The position numbers and the translations under genes are program-made. Below the pieces are notes generated by a model, which was not told where the DNA came from, searched no databases, and saw only the letters and a program-made list of their open reading frames with translations. Below are positions 42,332-52,769 of a stretch of 64,000 bases of DNA, one piece after another (position 1 is the stretch's first letter; each line of letters opens with the position of its first letter). The DNA comes from an uncultured Flavobacteriales bacterium (GTDB taxonomy: Bacteria; Bacteroidota; Bacteroidia; Flavobacteriales; Schleiferiaceae), in the NCBI GenBank assembly GCA_943846715.1, contig OX044356.1:394029-458028 (forward strand), written 5' to 3'.

Positions 42332-43426
42332 ATGCGACTCAAACAACTCATCAAGACCCTGGAACAATGGGCGCCATTAAGCCTGCAGGCGGACTATGAC
42401 AACAGCGGATTGGCTGTTGGCGATCCTGAGATGGAGCTATCCGGAGCTGTGGTGGCTTTGGATGTGACAGAGTCGGTGATAGATCAAGCCATTGAATCGG
42501 GAGCCAATCTCGTCCTGACACATCATCCCATTGTATTCAAGCCCCTGCGTATCCTTTCTGGCAGTGATTTGGCTCAACGCTGCCTCAGAAAGGCAATCAA
42601 GCATGACATTGCCTTGTATTCCTTGCATACCAACCTGGATAGTATACCGGGTGGCGTAAGCCATGAGATGGCAGCAAGGATGCAGGTCACTGACCTTCAG
42701 ATTTTACAAAAAAGGTCTGGGGAGCTTTTCCAGCTATCAGTCATGGTGCCTAACGCATCCATGAGCAAGGTCATGGAGGCCTTGTTTGCTGCTGGTGCAG
42801 GGCACATTGGTCATTACCAAGATTGTGCCTTTGTCACCGACGGAGAGGGTTGTTTCATGCCAACTCAAGGTGCAAACCCCCATGTAGGTGAGGTGGGCAA
42901 GCGCCATGTAGACAAAGAGCAAAAGGTGGAGGTAATGGTGTCAGCAGGTGACCGTTCCAGGGTCATGGCAGCCATGAAGGATGCACACCCCTTTGAGACC
43001 ATTTCACACCAATGGCTGGCTTTGGATCAGCCGCATCCAGAGGTTGGTTATGGTGTGGTAGGGACCTTATCTGAGTCAATGACTCCTGAGGCCTTCATCA
43101 ACCATGTCAAACAGTGTTTTGGGCTGAAGGTCATTCGACACAGTGCATTTGCAACGGATCGAATTCAGACGGTAGCCATGTGTGGGGGCTCAGGATCCGA
43201 TTTACTGCCCCTGGCCATCCAGGCAAATGCAGATGTCTATATCACCGGAGATGTAAGCTATCACAGGTTTTTTGAACCCGATGGCAACATCTGCATGATG
43301 GATATTGGGCACTGGGAAAGCGAACAATACACAAAGGACTTAATCATGCGAAAAGTTCAAGCGGAATTCCCTAATTTTGCAGTCCTTCAATCGGATCAAC
43401 CGACCAACCCCGTCTTAATTTCTTGA
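42332..43426 (+). CDS. Nif3-like dinuclear metal centre protein (YqfO/YbgI family, long form)
   Basis: 364 aa: ..P..LQ..YDNSGL.VGD.., ..THHP..F.., C-terminal ..D.GH..SE. Confidence 0.88.
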   Translation: MRLKQLIKTLEQWAPLSLQADYDNSGLAVGDPEMELSGAVVALDVTESVIDQAIESGANLVLTHHPIVFKPLRILSGSDLAQRCLRKAIKHDIALYSLHTNLDSIPGGVSHEMAARMQVTDLQILQKRSGELFQLSVMVPNASMSKVMEALFAAGAGHIGHYQDCAFVTDGEGCFMPTQGANPHVGEVGKRHVDKEQKVEVMVSAGDRSRVMAAMKDAHPFETISHQWLALDQPHPEVGYGVVGTLSESMTPEAFINHVKQCFGLKVIRHSAFATDRIQTVAMCGGSGSDLLPLAIQANADVYITGDVSYHRFFEPDGNICMMDIGHWESEQYTKDLIMRKVQAEFPNFAVLQSDQPTNPVLIS

Positions 43427-43427
43427 C

Positions 43428-44210
43428 ATGGCAAAAAAGACCCTAACCACGATGAGCGTGGAAGACAAGCTGAAAGCATTGTACGATTTACAAATTGTAG
43501 ATCGTCGCATCGATGAAATCCGCAACCTACGAGGTGAGCTCCCTCTTGAAGTGAAAGATTTAGAGGATGAGATCGCTGGACTGTCCAACCGTGTTAAGAA
43601 AATCACTGAGGACATCAAGGTGTCCAAGCAGGAGATCAAAGGCCACAAGCTATTGATCACTACCTGTGAAGAGAAAATGACCAAGTACACTGATCAGCAG
43701 AAAAATGTTCGCAACAACCGAGAGTTTGATGCCATTGCAAAGGAAGTTGAATACCAGGAGTTAGAGATTGAATTGGCGAAGAAACACATCGGTGAGTTTG
43801 AAGAGAACGTGACAGCAAAATCATTGATCCTTGAGGCAGCTGAAGAGAAGATGACTGAGCGAAAAAGCCACTTGGAATTCAAACAAGGTGAGCTTGAGGG
43901 TATCATCAAGGAAACTGAGAAGGAAGAAAAAGATTTGATGGAAAAGACCGATGCTTTGGGTCTTGCTATTGGTGATGAGCGATTGCTTAAGCGCTACAAT
44001 CAGATTCGCAACAAGGTATTGAACCGACTTGCCGTTGTTAGCATCGCACGCGATGCCTCAACCGGTTCGTTCTTCACCATTCCCCCCCAGCGTCAGTTGG
44101 AAATTGCTTTACGCAAGAAAATCATGTTTGATGAGCATTCAGGACGTATCCTCGTTGATGCAGAGTTAGCTCAAGAGCGCGAAGAGGCCATGGCTTCTTC
44201 AATTGCCTAA
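43428..44210 (+). CDS. COG1579/DUF164-like coiled-coil protein with Cys-less 'zinc-ribbon' tail
   Basis: 260 aa with a long coiled coil and the tail ..DASTGSFFTIPPQRQLEIALRKKIMFDEHSGRILV. This is the conserved partner found downstream of Nif3. Confidence 0.75.
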   Translation: MAKKTLTTMSVEDKLKALYDLQIVDRRIDEIRNLRGELPLEVKDLEDEIAGLSNRVKKITEDIKVSKQEIKGHKLLITTCEEKMTKYTDQQKNVRNNREFDAIAKEVEYQELEIELAKKHIGEFEENVTAKSLILEAAEEKMTERKSHLEFKQGELEGIIKETEKEEKDLMEKTDALGLAIGDERLLKRYNQIRNKVLNRLAVVSIARDASTGSFFTIPPQRQLEIALRKKIMFDEHSGRILVDAELAQEREEAMASSIA

Positions 44211-44234
44211 CGGTCCAACCGTTTTAATCCATTC

Positions 44235-44262
44235 AATGCAACCTTCGGGTTGCATTTTTTTT
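44235..44262. terminator. bidirectional rho-independent terminator
   Basis: AATGCAACC, TTCG, GGTTGCATT, then T7. It lies between convergent genes. Confidence 0.8.
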
Positions 44263-44267
44263 ATGGC

Positions 44268-45035
44268 TTAGTTGCTTTTTCTGCAGATCATCAATGGCTC
44301 CCCAGCAGGCATGCGGTAACGTTGCATCAAGCCTGAGTCAATGTGATCTGATAGCTGAAAGACTTCAACGTCAAAGCCAGCTAAACGCAAACGGTCAGCG
44401 TAGTCCTTGCCGTAGACGCGGACATGGTCGTATTGGCCAAACCTGCGTTCCCTTTCCCTGGGGTCGATAACGCTTGGGTCCTCATCAGTTAGGACCTGTT
44501 GAGGAAGGTAGGGCACCTGAAAGATGCCCCAGCCGCCGGGTTTCATGACTCGGTACAGCTCTCGCAGGCATTGTTTGTCATCGGTGACATGTTCAAGCAC
44601 ATGGTTGCAGAAGATCACATCGAAGCGATCAGCTTCCAAAGGGATGTCATGCAAGTCAAAGTGCATATCTGCAAGGGGAGATTCGATGTCACCGGTGAGG
44701 ACATCGAGGTTGCTTTGTTGCTTGAATCGCTGGTGAAAGCATTGCTCTGGGGCGATGTGTAGCATGGCCAGTTTACTTGCCGTGAAGAAGTCACTGAAAT
44801 CCCTGAGGTACAACCACATCAAGCGGTGACGCTCGAGGGAGTGGCTGCCAGGAGCCAGGGCATTGTCGCGGATTGCACCACCATAGCCATAGGGTAGGAA
44901 CTTTCGGTAAGACTTGCCATCAATGGGGTCTTCAAAACGGTCGCCAGCAAACAGCAGTGGGGCCATCCAACGCATGATGGCACTCATGCGGATCAACCAA
45001 GGTCTAGGGATCCAGCGAAGAGCGAATTTAATCAT
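44268..45035 (-). CDS. class I SAM-dependent methyltransferase
   Basis: 255 aa: ..FDVIFCNHVLEHV.D....L.E.YRV.KPGG. Confidence 0.8.
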   Translation of the reverse strand: MIKFALRWIPRPWLIRMSAIMRWMAPLLFAGDRFEDPIDGKSYRKFLPYGYGGAIRDNALAPGSHSLERHRLMWLYLRDFSDFFTASKLAMLHIAPEQCFHQRFKQQSNLDVLTGDIESPLADMHFDLHDIPLEADRFDVIFCNHVLEHVTDDKQCLRELYRVMKPGGWGIFQVPYLPQQVLTDEDPSVIDPRERERRFGQYDHVRVYGKDYADRLRLAGFDVEVFQLSDHIDSGLMQRYRMPAGEPLMICRKSN

Positions 45036-45829
45036 GCGAAAAGGGGATCTTCCTTGGGTAGTCCAAGGGCATCATAGATGTAATCAAAGGTTGACAGCAT
45101 CACGGGGCGACCCTCTACAAGGGCCACGTCATGTTCAAAGTGGGCAGATCGCTGCTTGTCTGCAGTGATGATACTCCATCCATCCTTGAGCTGCCTCACG
45201 CGATGGGTACCCATATTGATCATGGGCTCAATGGCGAGAACCATGCCGTCTTGCAGCAATTTACCTGAGCCACGTTTGCCGTAGTTAGGCACTTGTGGGT
45301 CTTCGTGCAATTTGCGGCCCAGTCCATGACCGACCAATTCACGAACCACACCATAGCCTTCATCTTCACAATGCTTTTGAATGACGTAGCCAATGTCACC
45401 TACGCGATTCCCCTTTCGCATCGCATCAATGCCAAGGTATAGCGAGGCTTTGGTAACGTCCAGCAATCGCTGACTTTCCGCATCAATCTCGCCAACAGGA
45501 AAGGTGTAGGCATGATCCCCATAGAAATCATTCATGAGCACACCACAATCAATGGAGATAATTTCACCTTCTTGCAAGGGTGCACCTGTTGGAATGCCAT
45601 GCACGACTTGCTCATTCAAGGACATGCAAAGGCTGTTGGGGAAGCCATACATTCCAAGGAATCCAGGCACCCCGCCATGGTCGCGAATGAAGGCCTCGGC
45701 CAATGTGTCAAGGTGCAGGGTTGTCACACCAGGGGCAATTTCACCAGCAAGCATGCCAAGCGTTTTTGAGACCAGCTGTGCAGACTCTCGCATCAACGCG
45801 ATCTCATCGGTGTTTTTGAGGATAACCAT
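45032..45829 (-). CDS. map: type I methionine aminopeptidase
   Basis: 265 aa: ..ISIDCG....G..GD.A.TF.VG.., ..GHG.G...HE.P. Confidence 0.95.
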   Translation of the reverse strand: MVILKNTDEIALMRESAQLVSKTLGMLAGEIAPGVTTLHLDTLAEAFIRDHGGVPGFLGMYGFPNSLCMSLNEQVVHGIPTGAPLQEGEIISIDCGVLMNDFYGDHAYTFPVGEIDAESQRLLDVTKASLYLGIDAMRKGNRVGDIGYVIQKHCEDEGYGVVRELVGHGLGRKLHEDPQVPNYGKRGSGKLLQDGMVLAIEPMINMGTHRVRQLKDGWSIITADKQRSAHFEHDVALVEGRPVMLSTFDYIYDALGLPKEDPLFA

Positions 45830-45830
45830 G

Positions 45831-47348
45831 TCAAAAATGCTGGATCAATGATTGACCTGTCATCTGCTCAGGTTGAGTCACGCCCATCCATTCAAGGATG
45901 GTTGGAGCGACATCAGACAAAGCACCATCGCCCATATTGATGGATGAACAATCCAGGGCGCTGACAAGATGGAAGGGAACAGGCTGGGTGCTGTGTGCTG
46001 TATTAGGGCTTCCGTCGGGATTGATCATGCAATCGCAATTGCCATGATCAGCCAGAATGAAGAAGGTGTAGCCGTTGCTTAAACCAGCTTGAACAACAGC
46101 TTCTGCGCAGGCATCCACGGTCTCAACGGCCTGCACGGCAGCATCCATATTGCCAGTGTGACCCACCATGTCAGGGTTGGCGAAATTCAGGCAAATAAAG
46201 TCAGGGCCATCGTCGGTCAACAGGGGGATGATGGCATCTCGAATCTCGTAGGCAGACATTTCAGGCTGCAAGTCATAGGTGGCCACCTTGGGTGAAGGAA
46301 TAAGGATGCGCTGCTCCCCTTCAAATTCAGCCTCATGGCCTCCATTGAAAAAATAGGTGACATGCGGGTATTTCTCTGTTTCTGCAATGCGGATTTGTCT
46401 CAACCCGGCATCAGCAAGGACTTGGCCCATGCAGTCTTGAACCTTGTCCTTGTCAAAAAGGACTGTCAGTCCTTCGAAACTGTCGTCATAACGGGTCATG
46501 GTGTAAAAATCCAAATCCAATGGCTTGAGTTCAGCTTCAGCAGATTGGGAAAGAACCTTGGTCAGTTGACGGGCCCTGTCTGAGCGGAAATTGACAAAAA
46601 GGAGTGCATCACCAGGTTGAATTAATCCTTGCGGGTTGAGCACCATGGGCTCAATGAATTCATCGCTTTGACCCTTGGCGTAGGCTTCGCGAAGCGCTGA
46701 GGACGCAGAGGTTGCCTGACTGACCACATCACCCTTGCCATGGATCATGGCATCGTAGGCTTTACCTATGCGCTCCCATCGGTGATCTCTATCCATGGCG
46801 TGGTAGCGCCCCATCACCGTGGCAAGCTGACCAACGTGTTTGTCCATGTGTGATTGAAGGTCTGCAAGGAAAGCAGCCCCTGAATGCGGATCACAATCAC
46901 GACCATCCATGAAGGCATGCACCTGGACGTCTGTCAAGCCTTCCTGTCTGCAATGACTGAGGATTCCTTTGAAGTGATTGATGTGGCTGTGCACGCCGCC
47001 ATCACTGACCAGGCCAATTAAGTGCAATCGCTTGCCTTGCTTGACAGAGGTGATGAGTTGCTGCATGGCAGGTAGGCTTTTCAAGCCGCCCTCATCCACT
47101 AGGAGGCTGATTCGGGCCAAATCTTGCTGGATCACTCGACCAGCACCCAGGTTCATGTGGCCCACTTCAGAGTTGCCCATTTGCCCATCAGGTAGACCGA
47201 CATGGATGCCAGAGGCTTCCAGCTGACTGTTGGGAAAAGCCCCCAAAAGGCTATCCATGAAAGGGGTTTCAGCCCTTTCAATGGCAGAGACTGAAGGGTT
47301 CTTCGCAAGACCCCAGCCATCCAAAATGATCAACGCCGATTTATTCAC
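45831..47348 (-). CDS. gpmI: 2,3-bisphosphoglycerate-independent phosphoglycerate mutase
   Basis: 505 aa: ..LIILDGWG.., ..GNSEVGH.N.GAGR.., ..ADHGN. Confidence 0.96.
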   Translation of the reverse strand: MNKSALIILDGWGLAKNPSVSAIERAETPFMDSLLGAFPNSQLEASGIHVGLPDGQMGNSEVGHMNLGAGRVIQQDLARISLLVDEGGLKSLPAMQQLITSVKQGKRLHLIGLVSDGGVHSHINHFKGILSHCRQEGLTDVQVHAFMDGRDCDPHSGAAFLADLQSHMDKHVGQLATVMGRYHAMDRDHRWERIGKAYDAMIHGKGDVVSQATSASSALREAYAKGQSDEFIEPMVLNPQGLIQPGDALLFVNFRSDRARQLTKVLSQSAEAELKPLDLDFYTMTRYDDSFEGLTVLFDKDKVQDCMGQVLADAGLRQIRIAETEKYPHVTYFFNGGHEAEFEGEQRILIPSPKVATYDLQPEMSAYEIRDAIIPLLTDDGPDFICLNFANPDMVGHTGNMDAAVQAVETVDACAEAVVQAGLSNGYTFFILADHGNCDCMINPDGSPNTAHSTQPVPFHLVSALDCSSINMGDGALSDVAPTILEWMGVTQPEQMTGQSLIQHF

Positions 47349-48069
47349 GGGGTAAAGTTAATCGATCATTAAGCTGTAATGGGCCTGGGGCCTGCTCGTA
47401 AGCTGCTTTTCCAGAATGGAATACCCTGGCAGAATGGGGCCCTAAAAGCGAGATTTCGCCTGCTTCAACCTTCAGCCATGATCCCTCACGAAGGCCAATG
47501 ACTGCTTGGTTGTTGTGCTGATGAAATTCAGCAATGCGTGTGGCCCGACTTTCGCCCATGTGCGTGGAATGGTCCTCTGGATCCAGGTAATGTGGGTTCA
47601 GATTGCAAGGTATCCAGCTAAAGGTGTCAAAGCTTGGTGGGTAGATGATAGGCATGTCATTGGTGGTTCCCAAGGTCATGCCGGCCATGTTGCTTCCCGC
47701 GCTGCTTCCCATGTATGGCAAGCCAGACCTGACTGCAGCATCAATCGCAGCAAAGGCACCAGAGTCATACAAGGTTTTCAGCAGCAAGAAAGTGTTTCCG
47801 CCACCAATGAAAACACCCCCAGCATCTGCCATGGCAGCGTCAATGGAAGGGTAGCTGTGGATACCTCGCATGGCGATGCCTTGTTCAGCAAAGGCCTTGG
47901 TAGCTATAGCACTGTAATCATCGAAGGACATGCCGCCAGGGCGTGCATAGGGCACAAAAATCACTGGCTTGCCTTGCGTATTGGCAAAATGGGCAGACCA
48001 TGCTTCTTTGAAATAGCTCAAATAAGGCTGACCGTGAACCGTGGATGTGGAAGCAAGCAATAGGTTCAT
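47341..48069 (-). CDS. pepE: dipeptidase E / peptidase S51 family
   Basis: 242 aa: ..FIGGGNTF.LL..L.., PepE-like. Confidence 0.8.
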   Translation of the reverse strand: MNLLLASTSTVHGQPYLSYFKEAWSAHFANTQGKPVIFVPYARPGGMSFDDYSAIATKAFAEQGIAMRGIHSYPSIDAAMADAGGVFIGGGNTFLLLKTLYDSGAFAAIDAAVRSGLPYMGSSAGSNMAGMTLGTTNDMPIIYPPSFDTFSWIPCNLNPHYLDPEDHSTHMGESRATRIAEFHQHNNQAVIGLREGSWLKVEAGEISLLGPHSARVFHSGKAAYEQAPGPLQLNDRLTLPRE

Positions 48070-49370
48070 GGCTGAAGGCTATTGACAGATTCAGTCTGCT
48101 CAAGCGGCATGGAGCGACCATACCAAAGGGTGTTTTTGCTGTCGACTTGCTCTGTCCACAGCATGTGAACTTGGCCATGATTGGCAACAATACCACTGTA
48201 GTCACCAAAGAAATGGTCAGGGTCGGGCTGAAAGACTGTGCCAATAGCCTGGTTTGTCCAAGTCTTCCCGCCATCGCTAGACTGACTCCAAAAGGCTTGA
48301 CTGGCTGTGCTACCACTGTCTTGGCTGTAAGCAATGACGTGCAAGGAGCCGTTGCTTGGGTCAATAGCCATCCATGGCATGAAGTGGTGCTTGACAGACT
48401 CAGGTTGAGGCAGCTGCGTGACTTTAGACCAGTGCCTGCCACCATCAGCTGAACTGATATGGCTCACCCAGCTTGAACCATTATGTTGCTCACCATACGT
48501 TACATGCAAGATGCCGTCAGGAGAAAAGGCGGTGACGGGCATGCCATTGGATCGGCCAAATCCGGAAAAATTATGGGTCCATCCCCCAGATTGCACAGCG
48601 ACAAATTGTTCTTGAGGCAACCATGTCAACCCGCCATCGTCAGACCGATTGATCCAGAGGGAATCGTTGAAGCTCCACAGGCAAACAACCCCTCCATTTG
48701 GGTTCACTGCGGGAATGGCGCCTTCGGTGCTCTGGTCATTGTCCAAGCAGTTGCCTTCAAATGACGAAAGTGTTACCGCATCAGACCAGCTGACACCACG
48801 GTCCTCAGATTGTGCATAGCGAATGCGCGAATGGTCCTTCAATTTTTTGCTGCCATAGCGGTCAAATTCGGTCCAACTCACATGCAAAACACCTGTCAAG
48901 GGATCAATGGCAATGCCTTCCTTGTCTTGATCCTTGGGCGGGTTGTGGCCAATGCCAGAACCATCAGACCAGGTTGCGCCATGGTCATCACTCCATTGAA
49001 TCACGATGCGATCTAACCACTTGCCTTTGCGATGTGCCTTGGAAGAAGGATTGCTTAAATGCAGGTAATAGGCTCGCCCTTGTGGGCCGTAGGCGACGAT
49101 GGGGTCGCCATAAACGCCATGACTGGATGTCAATTTCCCCTGAGTCCATGAGCTGCTGTCGCGTCCTCCAGAAAAGTTGTTTCGGTGGATGGCTGCCAAC
49201 ACGGATCCCCCAATGAGCTCTGTGCCATTGGGGTTCATGGCGATGCTTGGCTCACATGCCCAATAAGCACCTCCGGTTTCAGTGGAAATGATAAAATCTG
49301 TCCATGTTGTTCCTTGTGCATAGACCAACCCTGACACGCTAAACAAAAGGGCAATCAGCGGCTGTTTCAT
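48066..49370 (-). CDS. BNR/Asp-box repeat (sialidase-fold) exported protein
   Basis: Signal peptide MKQPLIALLFSVSGLVYAQG. Five Asp-boxes: SDDHGATW, SEDRGVSW, SDDGGLTW, SADGGRHW, SSDGGKTW. The ATG at 49370 gives an ATGA overlap with the upstream gene. Confidence 0.8.
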   Translation of the reverse strand: MKQPLIALLFSVSGLVYAQGTTWTDFIISTETGGAYWACEPSIAMNPNGTELIGGSVLAAIHRNNFSGGRDSSSWTQGKLTSSHGVYGDPIVAYGPQGRAYYLHLSNPSSKAHRKGKWLDRIVIQWSDDHGATWSDGSGIGHNPPKDQDKEGIAIDPLTGVLHVSWTEFDRYGSKKLKDHSRIRYAQSEDRGVSWSDAVTLSSFEGNCLDNDQSTEGAIPAVNPNGGVVCLWSFNDSLWINRSDDGGLTWLPQEQFVAVQSGGWTHNFSGFGRSNGMPVTAFSPDGILHVTYGEQHNGSSWVSHISSADGGRHWSKVTQLPQPESVKHHFMPWMAIDPSNGSLHVIAYSQDSGSTASQAFWSQSSDGGKTWTNQAIGTVFQPDPDHFFGDYSGIVANHGQVHMLWTEQVDSKNTLWYGRSMPLEQTESVNSLQP

Positions 49371-49891
49371 AAGCGTTCCCATGACCATAAGTTACCAATT
49401 TCAATCCCGAGATTGGCACAGGTGCCACCGGGTAGTTCCAGAATTTTGTTTGCAGGTCCAGTAGACGGCAAGGATTGCGCACTCAATGGCACGGCATCTG
49501 CTTGAATGCTCACCACCCGGTTGTCTACACTCAGGAAAATGATATCCAAAGACACATAGGTGTTCTTCATCCAAAAACTTTGCATTTGGTTTGATGGCAT
49601 CAAAAATAACATGCCCATGTCAGCGGCCATGGATTTCCTGTACATCATGCCAACCTGTACATCTTGAGCGCTTTCTGCCAATTCTACACGAAAATTGGCA
49701 ATCACATCGCCATTGCTGTCAAGAAACTGGCCATCTGCCTCATGCGTGAATGGGGGCTCATAGGCTTTGGTTGTTTGCCGCTTTGCAGACGAAGGACCTT
49801 GTGTGAGTAAGGGTGAAATTTGCGTGAGCAGAAATGCTGCCATGGCAAGAATTAACAGGACGAGTCCAAAGGTTCGTTTAGTCCGATTCAT
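49367..49891 (-). CDS. DUF192 domain-containing protein
   Basis: 174 aa with an N-terminal TM: ..GMMYR......GMLF......FWMKNT...LDIIF......V.. Confidence 0.75.
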   Translation of the reverse strand: MNRTKRTFGLVLLILAMAAFLLTQISPLLTQGPSSAKRQTTKAYEPPFTHEADGQFLDSNGDVIANFRVELAESAQDVQVGMMYRKSMAADMGMLFLMPSNQMQSFWMKNTYVSLDIIFLSVDNRVVSIQADAVPLSAQSLPSTGPANKILELPGGTCANLGIEIGNLWSWERL

Positions 49892-50988
49892 GATTTGCTG
49901 TGATTGAAGGATCGAAAAATCAAGCCAACACCAATCACGACGAGTGGAATGCTAAGCCACTGACCCATGTTTAATTCCATGTTTGCTTCAAAGGCTTTTT
50001 GGTTGGCCTTGATGAATTCAATGGCAATTCGAAGTCCGAAAATCCCGACCAAAAACAAGCCAAACAACAAGCCCTCGCGTTTTGCCTGCCCTCGACGGTA
50101 GAAGAGGAGCAGTAAAAGGAAGACCACCAGATAGCCAGCTGCTTCAAAGAGCTGAGAAGGAAAGCGCGGTATGCCAAAGGTGGCTACTTCATAGCGTGAA
50201 ATTCCTCCATCCCCCGGAACGGCCATCACCTGAACCCCTTCAGGGATGATGAGGTTTTGGTTGTCCTCTCGCATGTTGTTCAAAAGGGGTGCCAATTTGG
50301 CATCGATCAAATGCTGCATGGATGACTGCAGGCTGGCTTCGTCAAGTTGAAGTAATCGATCTGATGGCGTCAATGAAAGGGTGTAGCCGGGCAGGGTTAA
50401 GCCATCTTTAACGAGGCTTTGCCCATTGCTTGCAAACTGTGCATCTGCAATGCTTGCCTCAAAGAAATTGTCAAAGTAGGTGAGTACGGGACGCAAGAAC
50501 ACGGTTTCCACTGAGCTGTTGCCGGGTTGGCCATAGATTTCTGAATTGGTGAAATTTCCGACCCGGATCAAGCAAGCAGCCAATGCCACAGTGATGACCA
50601 CCCGGTCAATCAACCAGAAAAATGACTTGTTTAGGGGGCGCAAATACTTTTTTGTGAACCACAACAGGGCTACAACGATGGCGATGGCCGCACCATGAGA
50701 GGCTAAACCACCTTTCCAGGGCATGAAAATTTCAGCAATGTGATGCTGGTAGTACTGCCAGTCATAAAAAAACACATGGCCCAGTCTTGCGCCAACAATG
50801 GTAGCACCCACCATGGTCATTAACAAGCTATCCAACAGTTTCTCAGGGATGTTCTCCTTCTGGAAAATGCGTTGAATCAACCAATGGCCAATAATGAAAC
50901 TGGCTAAAAAGAGCAATTGATAAAATCGAATGAATAAGGGGCCAACATCTAGCCCAATCGGGGCGGCCCATGTGATGCTTGCAATCAT
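49888..50988 (-). CDS. lgt: prolipoprotein diacylglyceryl transferase (long form)
   Basis: ..GGLASHGAA.., ..RVGNFTNSEIYG.., ..PRFPSQLFEA... It is 366 aa because of a roughly 70-115-aa non-TM insertion. Confidence 0.88.
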   Translation of the reverse strand: MIASITWAAPIGLDVGPLFIRFYQLLFLASFIIGHWLIQRIFQKENIPEKLLDSLLMTMVGATIVGARLGHVFFYDWQYYQHHIAEIFMPWKGGLASHGAAIAIVVALLWFTKKYLRPLNKSFFWLIDRVVITVALAACLIRVGNFTNSEIYGQPGNSSVETVFLRPVLTYFDNFFEASIADAQFASNGQSLVKDGLTLPGYTLSLTPSDRLLQLDEASLQSSMQHLIDAKLAPLLNNMREDNQNLIIPEGVQVMAVPGDGGISRYEVATFGIPRFPSQLFEAAGYLVVFLLLLLFYRRGQAKREGLLFGLFLVGIFGLRIAIEFIKANQKAFEANMELNMGQWLSIPLVVIGVGLIFRSFNHSKS

Positions 50989-51036
50989 AGCACCGAAGGT
51001 AACAATTGTCCATACAGATGCCTCAAGGACAAGGGA

Positions 51037-51291
51037 TTATTTTTTCTCATTCTTGCGGGGCACGGGGTCATAGCCCCAGCTTCCCCATGGATGACATCGG
51101 CCTATGCGTTTGACTGCCATCCAGCTCCCTTGCAAGGGCCCCCAGACGCTCACAGCTTCGCTGGCATAGCTTGAACAGCTAGGTTCATGCCTGCAGCTAG
51201 GCGGAGTAAAGGGGGAGATCAGGTATTTGTAAATCCCTACGATCAATAGCAGGGGCAGGCCAAGTAATAGATGCAGGATGTGCTTGATCAT
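51037..51291 (-). CDS. yidD: membrane protein insertion efficiency factor YidD
   Basis: 84 aa: ..[25 protein letters not shown]. Confidence 0.92.
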   Translation of the reverse strand: MIKHILHLLLGLPLLLIVGIYKYLISPFTPPSCRHEPSCSSYASEAVSVWGPLQGSWMAVKRIGRCHPWGSWGYDPVPRKNEKK

Positions 51292-52769
51292 TTCAATTCA
51301 TAACTCGACCCCTCTGAACCATCTTTGATGATGATACCAGCGGCATCCAGTTGATCACGGATAGCATCACTTGTTGCCCAATCCTTGGTCTCTCTGGCTG
51401 TTTGGCGCAATGAGATCACAAGTTTCATGCTGCCATCCAAGGCCTTCTTCATTCGGTCATTGACCTGTTGTGGAGGCATCAACCCTAGCACGTGAAAAAG
51501 CCAATCAGACATCTGAGTCATCAAGGATTGTGCGCCATCAGTTCCTAGCACTGATGGGTCCTTGCGATCAGCTGCAATGGCTTTAACTGCTTCAAAAAGT
51601 TCAGCAATCAGCAAAGGGCTGTTGAAGTCTTTTGCCATGACAGCATGTGCTTTGTTAGACCATGCATCGGTATCAAAACTGCCAACTTTTGGACCAGTGG
51701 TAGGTCTTTTGCTTAATGATTCAAAGGCAGTCATTAATCGGTCGTGACCTTTTTTTGCTGCATTCAATGCCTCATCACTGAAGTCTAATACAGACCTGTA
51801 ATGTGCCTGATGGATGAAAAATCGCGTGACACTAGGGCTGTAAGGTTGTGTCAGATGGGCTGACTTGCCTGATAATAACTCCTCAGGCAGCAACGTGTTG
51901 CCTGTGGATTTAGACATGCGTTGACCATTCAATGTAAGCATGTTGGCATGCATCCAAAACTGAGCGCCTGCATGGCCATGACTGCCTTTGTTTTGTGCAA
52001 TCTCACATTCGTGATGCGGAAATTTCAGGTCCATCCCCCCTCCGTGGATGTCAAAGGTTTCACCGAGGTACTTGGTGCTCATGACAGAACATTCCAAATG
52101 CCAGCCAGGGAATCCTTCGCCCCAAGGGCTTTGCCAGCGCATGATGTGTTCTTTGCCAGCGCGTTTCCACAGAGCAAAATCTCTAGGGTTTCGCTTGTCA
52201 GATTGACCGGCCAGGTTGCGGCTGCCTTCAAGCATGTCTTCTGCCTTTCTGCCACTCAACTCACCATAATTATGGATCTTCTCATAGGCTGTCACATCAA
52301 AGTAGACTGAGCCGTCAACCTCATAGGCAAAACCATTGGATATGAGTTGTTTAGTTAAAGCTATTTGCTCAATGACATGACCAGTAGCTGTTGGTTCAAT
52401 GGAAGGAGGGAGGGCATTGAACGACTTCATTACCTCGTGAAAACCCACTGTGTAACGCTGCACAATTTCCATGGGTTCCAGGGATTCCAATCGCGCTTTT
52501 TTTGCAATTTTGTCCTCGCCATGATCCACATCATCCACTAGGTGGCCAGCATCAGTGATGTTTCTGACATAGCGAACTTTGTAGCCAATGAATGACAAGT
52601 ACCGGAATACCATGTCAAAGCTTAAAAAGGTTCGAACATTGCCAAGGTGGACATCGCTGTAAACGGTTGGACCACAGACGTACATGCCAACATGCCCCTC
52701 TACAAGGGGCTGGAAAGGCTTGAGCGATTGACTCAAGCTTTCATAGATGCGTAATTCAGGTGTCGCCAT
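51288..52769 (-). CDS. cysS: cysteine--tRNA ligase
   Basis: [12 protein letters not shown]...[16 protein letters not shown], and a KMSKS-like element (RMSKSTGN). Met24 of the track ORF is preferred as the start. Confidence 0.95.
   Translation of the reverse strand: MATPELRIYESLSQSLKPFQPLVEGHVGMYVCGPTVYSDVHLGNVRTFLSFDMVFRYLSFIGYKVRYVRNITDAGHLVDDVDHGEDKIAKKARLESLEPMEIVQRYTVGFHEVMKSFNALPPSIEPTATGHVIEQIALTKQLISNGFAYEVDGSVYFDVTAYEKIHNYGELSGRKAEDMLEGSRNLAGQSDKRNPRDFALWKRAGKEHIMRWQSPWGEGFPGWHLECSVMSTKYLGETFDIHGGGMDLKFPHHECEIAQNKGSHGHAGAQFWMHANMLTLNGQRMSKSTGNTLLPEELLSGKSAHLTQPYSPSVTRFFIHQAHYRSVLDFSDEALNAAKKGHDRLMTAFESLSKRPTTGPKVGSFDTDAWSNKAHAVMAKDFNSPLLIAELFEAVKAIAADRKDPSVLGTDGAQSLMTQMSDWLFHVLGLMPPQQVNDRMKKALDGSMKLVISLRQTARETKDWATSDAIRDQLDAAGIIIKDGSEGSSYELK

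Noticed and set aside
47506-48445. 185-aa plus-strand ORF and 175-aa minus-strand ORF overlapping pepE and the BNR gene.
   Set aside because: They are out of frame or antisense to genes with clear family motifs (GGGNTF, Asp-boxes).
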